DNA from: Bdellovibrionales bacterium
GTDB lineage: Bacteria; Bdellovibrionota; Bdellovibrionia; Bdellovibrionales; UBA1609
Length of the DNA stretch: 64,000 bases
Assembly (NCBI GenBank): GCA_965203095.1
Contig: OZ241877.1
Location: 288,001-352,000, forward strand
Direction: 5' to 3'
The translations under genes and the position numbers were made by a program. Under the pieces are notes generated by a model. That model did no database searches, was not told the DNA's origin, and saw only the letters and a program-made list of their open reading frames with translations. Below, piece by piece: positions 46,992-56,400 of this stretch (positions are counted from its first letter, which is position 1; each line of letters begins with the position of its first letter).

Positions 46992-47429
46992 ATAAGTAAA
47001 TATGGAGTGATTTTAAATTTTGGTAAAAATTTTGTTTTCATTTTATTTCCTTTACAGTTTTTGTTTTAGGAATCTAAAATTTTTAAAGAACTGGTAAGTT
47101 TTTGCCTTTCTAACTTTTGAAGTAGTTATTCGGAATTTCCTAATAACTGAATTTTTCTGTAATTCACCAGATTTAAAAATAAAAAACTTCACCATACTAC
47201 TATTTGATTATGACTCATGTATTTTGGCCCCACAGAATGAAGTATCTTGAGCTGTCCCCAGATTGTCCCATATATTTAAACTGACAGGTATTCCTTATAA
47301 AACAATAAGACTATAGTCTATTATAATCGCCCGTGAAAAAGCTGAGTAAGGTTTGCCAAAAAAGGCCCTTAAACACCCATGAACCTACTATAAGCTTAAC
47401 CTCACTCTTTTTTGTGGAGTTAAACTTTC

Positions 47430-47518
47430 TGTGGATAAAGCCAATTCTGTCGCTGGATGGAGCTGTCCCTGCCTTCCTGCGTCATTTATTGGAAAATTTA
47501 ACTTAAAAATGTGGATAA
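47430..47518. promoter_or_regulatory. two perfect DnaA boxes
   Basis: TGTGGATAA at 47430-47438 and 47510-47518 in an intergenic region. Confidence 0.4.
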
Positions 47519-47708
47519 AAAGACCCCTTGGACAGATTTTGTTTCAAAAGTCCTGCTTTCTCTACCCGTTTTAACCAGAAAAATCCACTACCAACCATAT
47601 AAAAGGTCACAAACCAGGATAAACCTACTTTTTTAAGAGCTGATTTTCCAAAAAATGTTGACTGAAACCGGCTGGAAGAGGAATATATCTCTATAAAGAA
47701 AACAAATT

Positions 47709-48146
47709 ATGAATAGGTTTTTCATGCAAATAGCTAAAGGGGCTTTCATTATAGTCAGTTTATTTTCTTTGGTTTTTTGCGACCTATTTAAACGACGACG
47801 AACTAAACCTCCTATAGAAAACACGATAAATACTGATGAAACAAAACCAGTATATTCTGAAAGACCTTTTCCACCCGACCCCGGAAGTGCTAATGGACAG
47901 GAAGAGGAATCTCCTTTTTCTCCTGAAACTTCACCAGATTTATTAGATGTTCCTGAGGCAATGGCTGGCGAAATTACTGTCCAGTGTAAATGCAAAGATA
48001 AGTTTTTCCATGGTAAAATGGACAGGTCCCATATAGTGGAAGGGACTGGCCCCGATCATTCCAGTGCAGTTGAAAATGCCCGCAAAGCCTGCCAGGAGTC
48101 GAGAGATCATAGTTTTTACTCTCTCACATATTGCAGGAAAAAATAG
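47709..48146 (+). CDS. hypothetical exported protein/lipoprotein with a small Cys-containing domain
   Basis: Hydrophobic N-terminus ending in C, Pro/acidic linker, CKC...C...C. Confidence 0.55.
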   Translation: MNRFFMQIAKGAFIIVSLFSLVFCDLFKRRRTKPPIENTINTDETKPVYSERPFPPDPGSANGQEEESPFSPETSPDLLDVPEAMAGEITVQCKCKDKFFHGKMDRSHIVEGTGPDHSSAVENARKACQESRDHSFYSLTYCRKK

Positions 48147-48223
48147 GCCCGCACAAAAGTTTAACATCAAGAGAAAAAATCAAATAATAAAAACAGTGTA
48201 AAATCCTTACTTAAGGATAAAAA

Positions 48224-48300
48224 TGGCGTTCCCTACGGGATTCGAACCCGTGTTTTCACCGTGAAAGGGTGGTGTCCTAGGCCAACTAGACGAAGGGAAC
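48224..48300 (-). tRNA. tRNA-Glu(TTC)
   Basis: GTTCCCTTCGTCTAGTTGGCCTAGGACA...CTTTCAC...GGTTCGAATCCCGTAGGGAACGCCA. Confidence 0.95.
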
Positions 48301-48301
48301 T

Positions 48302-48377
48302 TGGTGACCTGCCTAGGACTCGAACCTAGGACCCTCTCCTTAAAAGGGAGATGCTCTGCCAACTGAGCTAGCAGGTC
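48302..48377 (-). tRNA. tRNA-Lys(TTT)
   Basis: GACCTGCTAGCTCAGTTGGCAGAGCA-TCTCC-CTTTTAA-GGAGA...GGTTCGAGTCC...CACCA. Confidence 0.95.
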
Positions 48378-48458
48378 TGCCTCTCTTTTTTACTCATTAC
48401 TTCTCTTTTGTCAAATTTTAGTATGATTTTAAAATAATCCATAGAAAGAGAGTGCTTT

Positions 48459-50144
48459 TTATCGATCCAACTCGCCAGCAATAATGTTCATGCTCCCTAA
48501 AAGAGCAATGGCATCTGCTGTCAGCCCCCCACGAATGCAATGAGGAAAAGACTGATAAATGGCAAAACAAGGCGGACGCACCTTCAGGCGATAAGGCTTA
48601 GGCCCTCCGTCACTCACAAGATAAAAACCTAACTCACCATTGGCGGCCTCTGTAGCAGAGTAAATCTCCCCCTTTGGTGGCCTCAAGCCATGAATCACTA
48701 ACATAAAATGATTCATCAAGCCCTCAATATTACCATAGACATCCTTTTTCTCAGGTAAAACAATGTCTTTATCCCGAATGGTATAATCCCCAGGAGGAAC
48801 ATTTTTACAAACCTGCTCAATTATCCGAACCGATTGCCTCATCTCTTCCACACGAACAAGGTAGCGATCATAAGCATCCCCTGTTGTTCCTACAGGAACT
48901 TCAAAATCCAAAGTTTCATAAGCATAGTAAGGCTCCACCTTTCGTAAATCCAAATTCAAACCAGTAGAGCGAAGGCAAGGGCCGGTGTAGCCCCAGGAGA
49001 TGGCCTGCTCTGTATCCATACTCCCCACTTTTTGATTCCGATCCATCCAGATCCGATTATTAGTCAAAAGAATATCAATTTCCTCAATCCCTTTTTTCAT
49101 CTCTTTGCAAAATTGAAGAATATCCTCAAACCATCCAGAAGGTGGCTCATTGGCCATCCCTCCAATACGAGTCATAGAGACAGTCAGCCGTGCCCCGCAA
49201 AGCTTTTCAAACAAGGTGTAAACCTTTTCCCTATAAGTAAAAGCGTGAAAAAATCCTGTGAGTGCTCCTAAGTCAAAAGCCGCGGCCCCAATGCAAACAA
49301 TATGATCGATAATCCGAGAAAGCTCACAAAGAATCACCCTCATGGCCTGAGCTTTTTGAGGTATTTCCACCCCCAACAGATCTTCCACTGCCTTACAATA
49401 ACCTACATTGTTCATAGGAGAAGAGCAATAATTGAGCCGATCAGTATAGGGAATAACTTGATTGTAAGGATGAGTTTCGGCCATCTTTTCAAAACAACGA
49501 TGCAAATAACCTATCTCCACATTGGCACGATGAATTTTCTCCCCATCCATTAGGGCCATAATCCTCAATGTCCCGTGAGTGGCTGGGTGAGAAGGGCCAA
49601 TATTGAGGGGAATAAGCTCTTTGCCCTCTTCTTTTAGAGGAGAACCATCCGGCTCATTATCCATACAAAACTCCAAAGGCTCAGACAGGTGTTGCCCCTG
49701 ATCCGCCGGATAATCTTTTCGCAAAGGGTGCCCCTCAAACTGATGGTGAGTGAGTATCCTCTTCATATTGGGATGGTTTTTAAATTTTAAGCCAAACATG
49801 TCGTAAATTTCCCTCTCAAACCAATCGGCTGTGGGATAAATAAACTGGGCTGTGGGGACCTGCTCCTCTTCGTTGAGAAAAACTTTGAGCCTCAACCGGC
49901 GAATAATTTTAGAGGAAAAAAGCTCATAACAGATCTCAAACTTTCTATCTCTTTCAGGATAATGCAGGCCAGAGACACACATTAAGAAGTCAAACCGATG
50001 ATTCTCTTTTAAGTATTGCAAAACAGGGACCACTTGCTCCGGCTCCAGAACAAGAATAGACTGCTCTAAAAATTTTTTAAAAGTGAATTTTTGACTTGGA
50101 AATTTTTGCTGAAAATCTTGTTTCAGATCTTCAATAAAACTCAT
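48459..50144 (-). CDS. nuoCD: NADH-quinone oxidoreductase fused subunit C/D
   Basis: WFEREIYDMFG and GHPLRKDYP (NuoC); NIGPSHPATHGTLR, GYLHR and C-terminal GELDR (NuoD). Confidence 0.96.
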   Translation of the reverse strand: MSFIEDLKQDFQQKFPSQKFTFKKFLEQSILVLEPEQVVPVLQYLKENHRFDFLMCVSGLHYPERDRKFEICYELFSSKIIRRLRLKVFLNEEEQVPTAQFIYPTADWFEREIYDMFGLKFKNHPNMKRILTHHQFEGHPLRKDYPADQGQHLSEPLEFCMDNEPDGSPLKEEGKELIPLNIGPSHPATHGTLRIMALMDGEKIHRANVEIGYLHRCFEKMAETHPYNQVIPYTDRLNYCSSPMNNVGYCKAVEDLLGVEIPQKAQAMRVILCELSRIIDHIVCIGAAAFDLGALTGFFHAFTYREKVYTLFEKLCGARLTVSMTRIGGMANEPPSGWFEDILQFCKEMKKGIEEIDILLTNNRIWMDRNQKVGSMDTEQAISWGYTGPCLRSTGLNLDLRKVEPYYAYETLDFEVPVGTTGDAYDRYLVRVEEMRQSVRIIEQVCKNVPPGDYTIRDKDIVLPEKKDVYGNIEGLMNHFMLVIHGLRPPKGEIYSATEAANGELGFYLVSDGGPKPYRLKVRPPCFAIYQSFPHCIRGGLTADAIALLGSMNIIAGELDR

Positions 50145-50182
50145 TTTTCTCTCCCACTGAAGTTTGGTGTTGTTTCAGAGTT

Positions 50183-50707
50183 TTAACGATAAGTTCCCGG
50201 TTGCCATTTTTCCTTATAAGGGCGAGGGCGATTTTCCGTTATCATTTTTTGAACCAGCATAACCGCGTCAATCACTGCTTCCGGAGTGGGAGGGCAACCC
50301 GGAATATAGACATCCACAGGAATCACCTTATCCACCCCCTGCAATACATGATAAGCACGATAAAAACCTCCAGAACTGGCACAAGCCCCCATAGCTATTA
50401 CATACTTTGGCTCCAGCATCTGTTCATAAACCCGGCGAATCACTGGGGCCATCTTTTCGGTAATGGTGCCGGCTACAATCATCAGATCGGACTGGCGGGG
50501 AGAAAACCTCACCACCTCAGCCCCAAAACGAGCCAGATCATAGCGTGGGCCTAAAACAGACATAATCTCAATCCCGCAACAAGCCGTCCCATAAGTCATA
50601 GGCCAAAGTGAGTTTCTCCGGCTCCATGCCACAATACGGTTCAGCCTGGATGTGAAAAAAGACTGATTTTCCGGCCCCGGTAAAGGCTGATTTTTTTGAA
50701 TAGCCAT
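50183..50707 (-). CDS. nuoB: NADH-quinone oxidoreductase subunit B
   Basis: TACCGIE, SPRQSD, MGACA, PGCPP. Confidence 0.96.
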   Translation of the reverse strand: MAIQKNQPLPGPENQSFFTSRLNRIVAWSRRNSLWPMTYGTACCGIEIMSVLGPRYDLARFGAEVVRFSPRQSDLMIVAGTITEKMAPVIRRVYEQMLEPKYVIAMGACASSGGFYRAYHVLQGVDKVIPVDVYIPGCPPTPEAVIDAVMLVQKMITENRPRPYKEKWQPGTYR

Positions 50708-50875
50708 AATCCTGCTCCTATATCAAAAACTTTCAATCAAATCAAAAAGGCATTCAGCTCACAAAACTTTAAAGCCACAGGCCAGTCAAAAAGAGCTAAA
50801 AGCTTTTGATCTCACCCATAAAAAGCTCTGAACTGTGCTTATTATACTACTTCTCTCTTAAGTTTTTCAAGCTTT

Positions 50876-51045
50876 TTATGTAAAAAAGTCCAGCAATTCC
50901 TGCCTTGAGCAGGAATCCAGGAAAGCCGGACATTGTGGAAATAGGAGTTCTTCCCGCAATATAAGGTATCCGGATTCCCGTTTGCACGAGCACTAAAAAA
51001 GCCGAGGGCTTTTTTAACAAGCTTTTTCACGGACAACTAAATTAT
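50876..51045. repeat. degenerate member of the REP/MITE-like family
   Basis: attcct-gccttgagc-aggaatccag at 50896 and a terminal ctttttcacggacaactaaattata like the ends at 6562-6584 and 6756-6780. Confidence 0.55.
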
Positions 51046-51090
51046 AAGGATAAAATGGGGCTTGAACTTTAAAGCCGAACTGGTATAAAA

Positions 51091-51837
51091 ATGGGGAATA
51101 TGACTCTCAACTCAGAACAAATCAGCACTAAAAACTTTAAAAAAGCAATTCAGTTTGCCAAGCAAAAACAAGGGGCCAGCCTCTTTGTTTTTGATATGGA
51201 CTCCACCTTATTTTGCATGAAATATAGGACACAGGCCATTATCAGAGATTGCCTTAAAGATCCCCTTTTTTGCAAAAACTTCCCTAAGCATTTAGAACTC
51301 ATCCGGCAAATAGAGGTTCATTCCTGGGATTGGTCTGTTCAAGAAATTTTAGCCCGCTATGGTTTTACGGAAGAAGAACCTTTGGTGCTTTCTATAGAAA
51401 AAATATGGAGAAAAAACTTTTTCACAAATGATTACCTCCACTTAGATCAGCCTTATAAAGGTTCTGTTCAATTTGTCCAACATATTGTTCAATTAGGGGC
51501 TAAGGTTTGTTATTTGACGGCCCGAAACCGCAAAAACATGTTTGAAGGCACTTTGCAATCTCTAAAACAATGGAGCTTTCCCATGGAAGAGGAAGAACAG
51601 CTCATTATAAAAGAAGACCCCCACCTAAAAGACTCGGAATACAAAGCCATGCACTTAAAAAAAATGGCTCAAGTTTTTGACTCGGTTTTGTTTTTTGAAA
51701 ATGAACCTGTAATTTTAAATGAAACCGCTCGATCCGTGCCACAAGTTCATCTGTTTTGGATGAACAGCACTCATTCTCGTCAAGAAGAACCTCCCCCCTC
51801 CGCTCATCTTCTCACAACAAGCTATGCCTATACTTAA
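51091..51837 (+). CDS. HAD superfamily hydrolase
   Basis: VFDMDSTL motif I, YLTAR motif II, FFENEP. Confidence 0.8.
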   Translation: MGNMTLNSEQISTKNFKKAIQFAKQKQGASLFVFDMDSTLFCMKYRTQAIIRDCLKDPLFCKNFPKHLELIRQIEVHSWDWSVQEILARYGFTEEEPLVLSIEKIWRKNFFTNDYLHLDQPYKGSVQFVQHIVQLGAKVCYLTARNRKNMFEGTLQSLKQWSFPMEEEEQLIIKEDPHLKDSEYKAMHLKKMAQVFDSVLFFENEPVILNETARSVPQVHLFWMNSTHSRQEEPPPSAHLLTTSYAYT

Positions 51838-51873
51838 AAAAGTCAGCTAAAATCACTATGAACCAAGGATGGT

Positions 51874-52893
51874 TTAGTTTATCGAGGGGGCAAGTGCCCC
51901 CGCCTCACAAGTCATAAGATGAGTTTTAAAACCTTCCAATTGCAACATATCTATCAAATTGCCTGGGCCTACAAAATGTCTTGCCCCAGCAACTACAAAA
52001 ATAGATGGAATCTCTGTATTTTGATAAATGGCATTAATTTTTTCCAGCCATATTTGATTTCTATTTCGTGTTACGGTTTCTTCTTCTGTAATGTCAAAAT
52101 AGACTATCCCTTTTTTATAGAGATCTACAGCTTCCAAAATAGACTTTTTAGTATTCACCACTAAAATACTATAAAATTTATCAATGAGAACCTCTATATC
52201 CTCACGGTTTGTTAAATAAACGGCTCTATTTGACTCTTTGTGAGAAGGAACCAATTCACTCAACTGATTATCTAAAGCTCGAAGAGGAATTTTAAAAGAG
52301 AGAACCATCTTTTTTATTTCACTATCCAAAGAGGGAAAAGAAAAGATAGCCTCATAATAAGCTAATGCAAAAAGATCATACCAATAATCAGCATAATTTC
52401 CCTCTGTATCTACCCCATGGGCTATTAAAAATTTTTGAGCTTTTTGGCTCAGGTCTTCGAAAGATTCAGGACCTCTATACAGCACTTGGCCTATCTCTTG
52501 TTTCAGCTCTCGGCTAATCATCCGGTGCACCTGTGGTTTAATTATCAGCTCTTTAAAACTCTTTATTCTATCAAAAAACATATCTCTATCTTTTGGTGAA
52601 AGTCGATTTAAAATTTTATCCCTCTCAACTTGAGGAGCTGTCAAAATTATCCTTTGCTCTTCAGGGTTTAATTGGGTTTCGCCCACAATTTCTAAAAAAA
52701 CCATCTGGCTTTGCCTCAGCTTTTCTGTGATTTTAGAAGAACATGGCAATTCCTCTAAGGAAATTCCGGCATGAATCGTTCCCAAAATATAACTTGTCTT
52801 CCTCTCTTTTTCTATAGACCAAAAAAAGATAGGCTCTGCCAAAGAGGGATGAATCAGTAATAGAGAAAAAAATCCAAAAAACTGTTTTTTCAT
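51874..52893 (-). CDS. TraB/GumN family protein
   Basis: Signal peptide, SYILGTIH, RNQIW, FVVAGARH..G...LI..L...GF. Confidence 0.85.
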   Translation of the reverse strand: MKKQFFGFFSLLLIHPSLAEPIFFWSIEKERKTSYILGTIHAGISLEELPCSSKITEKLRQSQMVFLEIVGETQLNPEEQRIILTAPQVERDKILNRLSPKDRDMFFDRIKSFKELIIKPQVHRMISRELKQEIGQVLYRGPESFEDLSQKAQKFLIAHGVDTEGNYADYWYDLFALAYYEAIFSFPSLDSEIKKMVLSFKIPLRALDNQLSELVPSHKESNRAVYLTNREDIEVLIDKFYSILVVNTKKSILEAVDLYKKGIVYFDITEEETVTRNRNQIWLEKINAIYQNTEIPSIFVVAGARHFVGPGNLIDMLQLEGFKTHLMTCEAGALAPSIN

Positions 52894-53152
52894 AAAGCCT
52901 TTATTTTATTTATAAAAGAAATCAGGTGAAAAATCTACATTTTACCGATAAACATACTCCTTGAGATAAAAGGTTTGACATATCCTTGAAAAAACTGTTT
53001 AAAGAATACACATATTCAAAATGGATGGGGATGAACAAAACCAAAAAAGCAGGAAAACTTTGGCCTCTATTACATACAACTTTTAGAGGAAAAAGCCTGT
53101 CCAGCACCCCCTTTTTTAGGAGGCCGTCAGGATTAAAAATGGTTTGAATAAA

Positions 53153-55267
53153 ATGCATAACTCTTCAAATAAAAAAGGTTTAACTCTTACAACCCCCTTG
53201 CAGTATGTTCGAGGAGTAGGGCCAGCTCTATCTCAGGTTTTAGCCAAAAAGTCCCTTTTGACTGTTAAAGATTTTATTCACCGATTCCCAAGGGGCTATC
53301 AGGACAATAGAAGGCTTTCCTGCCTCCGTGATATTGTCCCTGGGCAAGCCCTTATTGTGAATGCCGATGTGATTCAAAAAAAAATTATCCCTTTACACAG
53401 CAGGAATAAAAGAATGTATGAAGTGATCTTAGGCGATGGCTCTGCGATAGTCTCTTGTAAATTTTTTAAAATGCCTTATAAAAACTGGTTTAACTCTTTA
53501 CGGGTGGGCGAGCGGGTGGAGTTGAGGGGAAAGGCTGTGCCTTACCAGCGGAGATTAGAGTTTCACCATCCTCAGCTTTTCCCCGCTAAAGCGGAACAGG
53601 AAGACGAAAGCCCTACCCCTCTAATTCAAGCCCTTTATTCAGAGATAGAATCCGTTTCTCAAAACAAAATAAGAAACATTATGCAGGAAATTTTTGAACA
53701 AATCAAAATCTCTGAAGAAGAATTAGAATGGCTCCCCACTTGGCTGAAAGAGAAATACAAACTGCCCTCTCTTTACAATGCTTTAAAAGGGGTTCACTTT
53801 CCGGATCGCCATCGGATAGATGAGTATTTGAATTTTCAAACAGAGTTTCAAAAAAGGCTGATTTTTGATGAATTTTTTGAACTGCAAATGTATTTTGCTT
53901 TAAAAAATCAAGGCTGGAAATTAGGCCAATCTAAAAAAATCCCTACAAATCCTTCCACTTTATCAGAGATGGAGAGTCGCTTGCCCTTTGCCTTGACTTC
54001 AGCTCAAAAAAGAGTCTTAGGGGAGGTTCTCTCTGACCTCAACTCCCCTCACCCCATGCACCGCCTGATACAAGGAGATGTAGGTTGTGGCAAAACTGTC
54101 GTGGCTTTGCTCTCTGCTTTGGCTTGTGCAAGAGCAGGTTTTCAAACAGCCATTATGGCACCAACTGAAATTTTAGCCCATCAGCACTATCAAAATGCCT
54201 ATCGCTTTTTGGAACCTTTTGGGATAAAGGTTGAAAAACTAACAGGGCGAATGAAAGCTAAGGAAAAACGAACTATTCAGGCTGTTTTACAGTCCGGTTT
54301 TTGCCATGTTTGTATAGGCACTCATGCTTTAATACAAGAGAAAGTCCAATTCCGTAATCTGGCCTTTGTTGTTGTGGATGAGCAACATCGCTTTGGAGCA
54401 CACCAAAGGGCATTGCTCAAATCCAAGGGAGGAGAACCGCATTTTTTAGTGATGACAGCCACACCTATCCCTCGCACACTTTCAATGGCGATTTATGGTG
54501 ATTTGGATGTCTCTGTGATTGATGAAATGCCGGCAGGGCGAATCCCTGTCACCACAAAAAGGGCTTTCCCAGCAAAAAGGAAGGCTGTTTTTGATTTTGT
54601 CCAGGGGCAAGTTCAAAAGGGACAGCAAGCTTATGTGGTTTATCCTTTAGTAGAGGAGAGTGAAAAGTTAGATTTAAAAAATGCTGTGAACCAATATGAA
54701 AAATTAAAATCCTATTACAAGGATCTGCACTGGGGCCTTTTGACGGGACGAATGAGTCCAGAGGAAAAACAAGAAGTTATGGATCAGTTTTTATCTCGAA
54801 AAATTCAAGTGTTAGTCTCCACTACAGTGATTGAAGTGGGGGTGGATGTGCCCAATGCCAGTGTTATGGTGATTGAAAATGCTGAACGGTTTGGGCTTTC
54901 TCAAATGCATCAGCTGAGAGGGCGAGTGGGAAGAGGTGCTCATAAAAGCTGGTGCATTGTGGTTTTAGGTGAGCGTTTTTCAAAAGAGGCAGGAGATCGA
55001 GCTTATATTATGCAAACTATTTCTGACGGCTTTCAGATTGCAGAAAAAGATTTGGAGATCCGAGGGCCAGGAGAATTTTTAGGAGGACGACAGTCCGGAC
55101 TTCCTGGATTTAAACTGGCAAATATTATCCGTGACGCAAAGGTTTTAGCTTTAGCAAAAAAAGTGGCTTTTGATTTGGTATCCAAAGATCCTATGTTAAA
55201 ACAAGCTCAACATGAAAAGATAAAACACAAGTTTAAGGAGCTTTCTCTGTCTGTCCGTCCCGGATAA
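53153..55267 (+). CDS. recG: ATP-dependent DNA helicase RecG
   Basis: GDVGCGKT, DEQHRFG, MTATPIPR, HQLRGRVGR, DLEIRGPG. Confidence 0.97.
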   Translation: MHNSSNKKGLTLTTPLQYVRGVGPALSQVLAKKSLLTVKDFIHRFPRGYQDNRRLSCLRDIVPGQALIVNADVIQKKIIPLHSRNKRMYEVILGDGSAIVSCKFFKMPYKNWFNSLRVGERVELRGKAVPYQRRLEFHHPQLFPAKAEQEDESPTPLIQALYSEIESVSQNKIRNIMQEIFEQIKISEEELEWLPTWLKEKYKLPSLYNALKGVHFPDRHRIDEYLNFQTEFQKRLIFDEFFELQMYFALKNQGWKLGQSKKIPTNPSTLSEMESRLPFALTSAQKRVLGEVLSDLNSPHPMHRLIQGDVGCGKTVVALLSALACARAGFQTAIMAPTEILAHQHYQNAYRFLEPFGIKVEKLTGRMKAKEKRTIQAVLQSGFCHVCIGTHALIQEKVQFRNLAFVVVDEQHRFGAHQRALLKSKGGEPHFLVMTATPIPRTLSMAIYGDLDVSVIDEMPAGRIPVTTKRAFPAKRKAVFDFVQGQVQKGQQAYVVYPLVEESEKLDLKNAVNQYEKLKSYYKDLHWGLLTGRMSPEEKQEVMDQFLSRKIQVLVSTTVIEVGVDVPNASVMVIENAERFGLSQMHQLRGRVGRGAHKSWCIVVLGERFSKEAGDRAYIMQTISDGFQIAEKDLEIRGPGEFLGGRQSGLPGFKLANIIRDAKVLALAKKVAFDLVSKDPMLKQAQHEKIKHKFKELSLSVRPG

Positions 55268-55464
55268 AATATTATTTTTCAAAATGAGGCCAACTTTAGC
55301 AAAAAACTTGTCTTTTTATTTTTATTTCAATATAATGCTCACTATGCCACTTCTTTTTATATTGATTACATTTGAGATTTCCGATCAAAACAGAGTAGAG
55401 AAAACAGGAATTTTTAAACAAAATCAGCATAGTTGCCTCACTTTTTATATCCCTTGTAAAAAAT

Positions 55465-56268
55465 ATGCCTAATCCTTTTGAAAAACAATCTCCTATTCCT
55501 AATGTCCAGCACATTGTGGCTGTAGGTTGTGGTAAAGGAGGGGTGGGCAAAAGCACGGTGGCTTTAAACTTATCCATGGCCCTTTCAAAATTAGGTTTGA
55601 AAACGGGAGTTTTAGACGGCGATGTTTATGGCCCTTCTCTCCCCCGGCTGACAGGCACAGTCCATTCACAACCAGAGATAGATAAAAGTCAAAATAAAAT
55701 CCTGCCTCTCCGTCGCTATGGGTTAAAACTGATAAGTATGGGGCATTTAGTAGAGGAGGAATCCCCTTTAGTTTGGAGAGGGCCTATGCTGTTTAAAGCT
55801 ATTGAACAGTTTTTTAGGGATGTTTTTTGGGGGGACTTAGATGTTTTAATTATTGACTTGCCTCCAGGGACTGGAGATGTGGCTCTCACTGTGGCACAAA
55901 AAGCCCCTATTTCCGGGGGGATTGTGGTGAGCACACCGCAAAATATGGCCCTTGCGGATGCTCGTAAGGCTTTAAATATGTTTCGACAAATTTCTATTCC
56001 CATTATTGGTTTGGTGGAAAATATGTCTTACTATCTGACAAAAGAGGGTGAAAAAACAGATCTGTTCCCAAGAGGGCCAATTGACCTTTACCTAAAAGAA
56101 AACAAAATAGATAAGCTGGCGGAAATCCCCTTTCATCCTCATGTGGGGTTAAGTTGCGAGGCCGGAGTCCCTCTTTTAGAAAGCTATCCTGATTCTAAAG
56201 AGGGCCAAGCCATTTTCCAGTTGGGGGAAAAAGTCAAAAACTATTTGTCAAAAATCTCCACAGCTTGA
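55465..56268 (+). CDS. mrp: Mrp/ApbC (NBP35 family) Fe-S cluster carrier ATPase
   Basis: GKGGVGKST, DVYGPS, WRGPM, DLPPGTGD, VENMS. Confidence 0.93.
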   Translation: MPNPFEKQSPIPNVQHIVAVGCGKGGVGKSTVALNLSMALSKLGLKTGVLDGDVYGPSLPRLTGTVHSQPEIDKSQNKILPLRRYGLKLISMGHLVEEESPLVWRGPMLFKAIEQFFRDVFWGDLDVLIIDLPPGTGDVALTVAQKAPISGGIVVSTPQNMALADARKALNMFRQISIPIIGLVENMSYYLTKEGEKTDLFPRGPIDLYLKENKIDKLAEIPFHPHVGLSCEAGVPLLESYPDSKEGQAIFQLGEKVKNYLSKISTA

Positions 56269-56400
56269 GGGTCCAAGGTGTTTTCCCCACAAAATGCTGT
56301 GGCCTTTGAACAACGAAACTAAAGATAGTGCTTTTTAGCAAACTCATGGGTGGGCAAACCTGTTTTTACAAGATCCCACTTTTGGAAAAAGCTCCGTAAG

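Noticed and set aside
47285..47325. dif (XerCD) site
   Set aside because: No TTATGTTAAAT-like XerD arm
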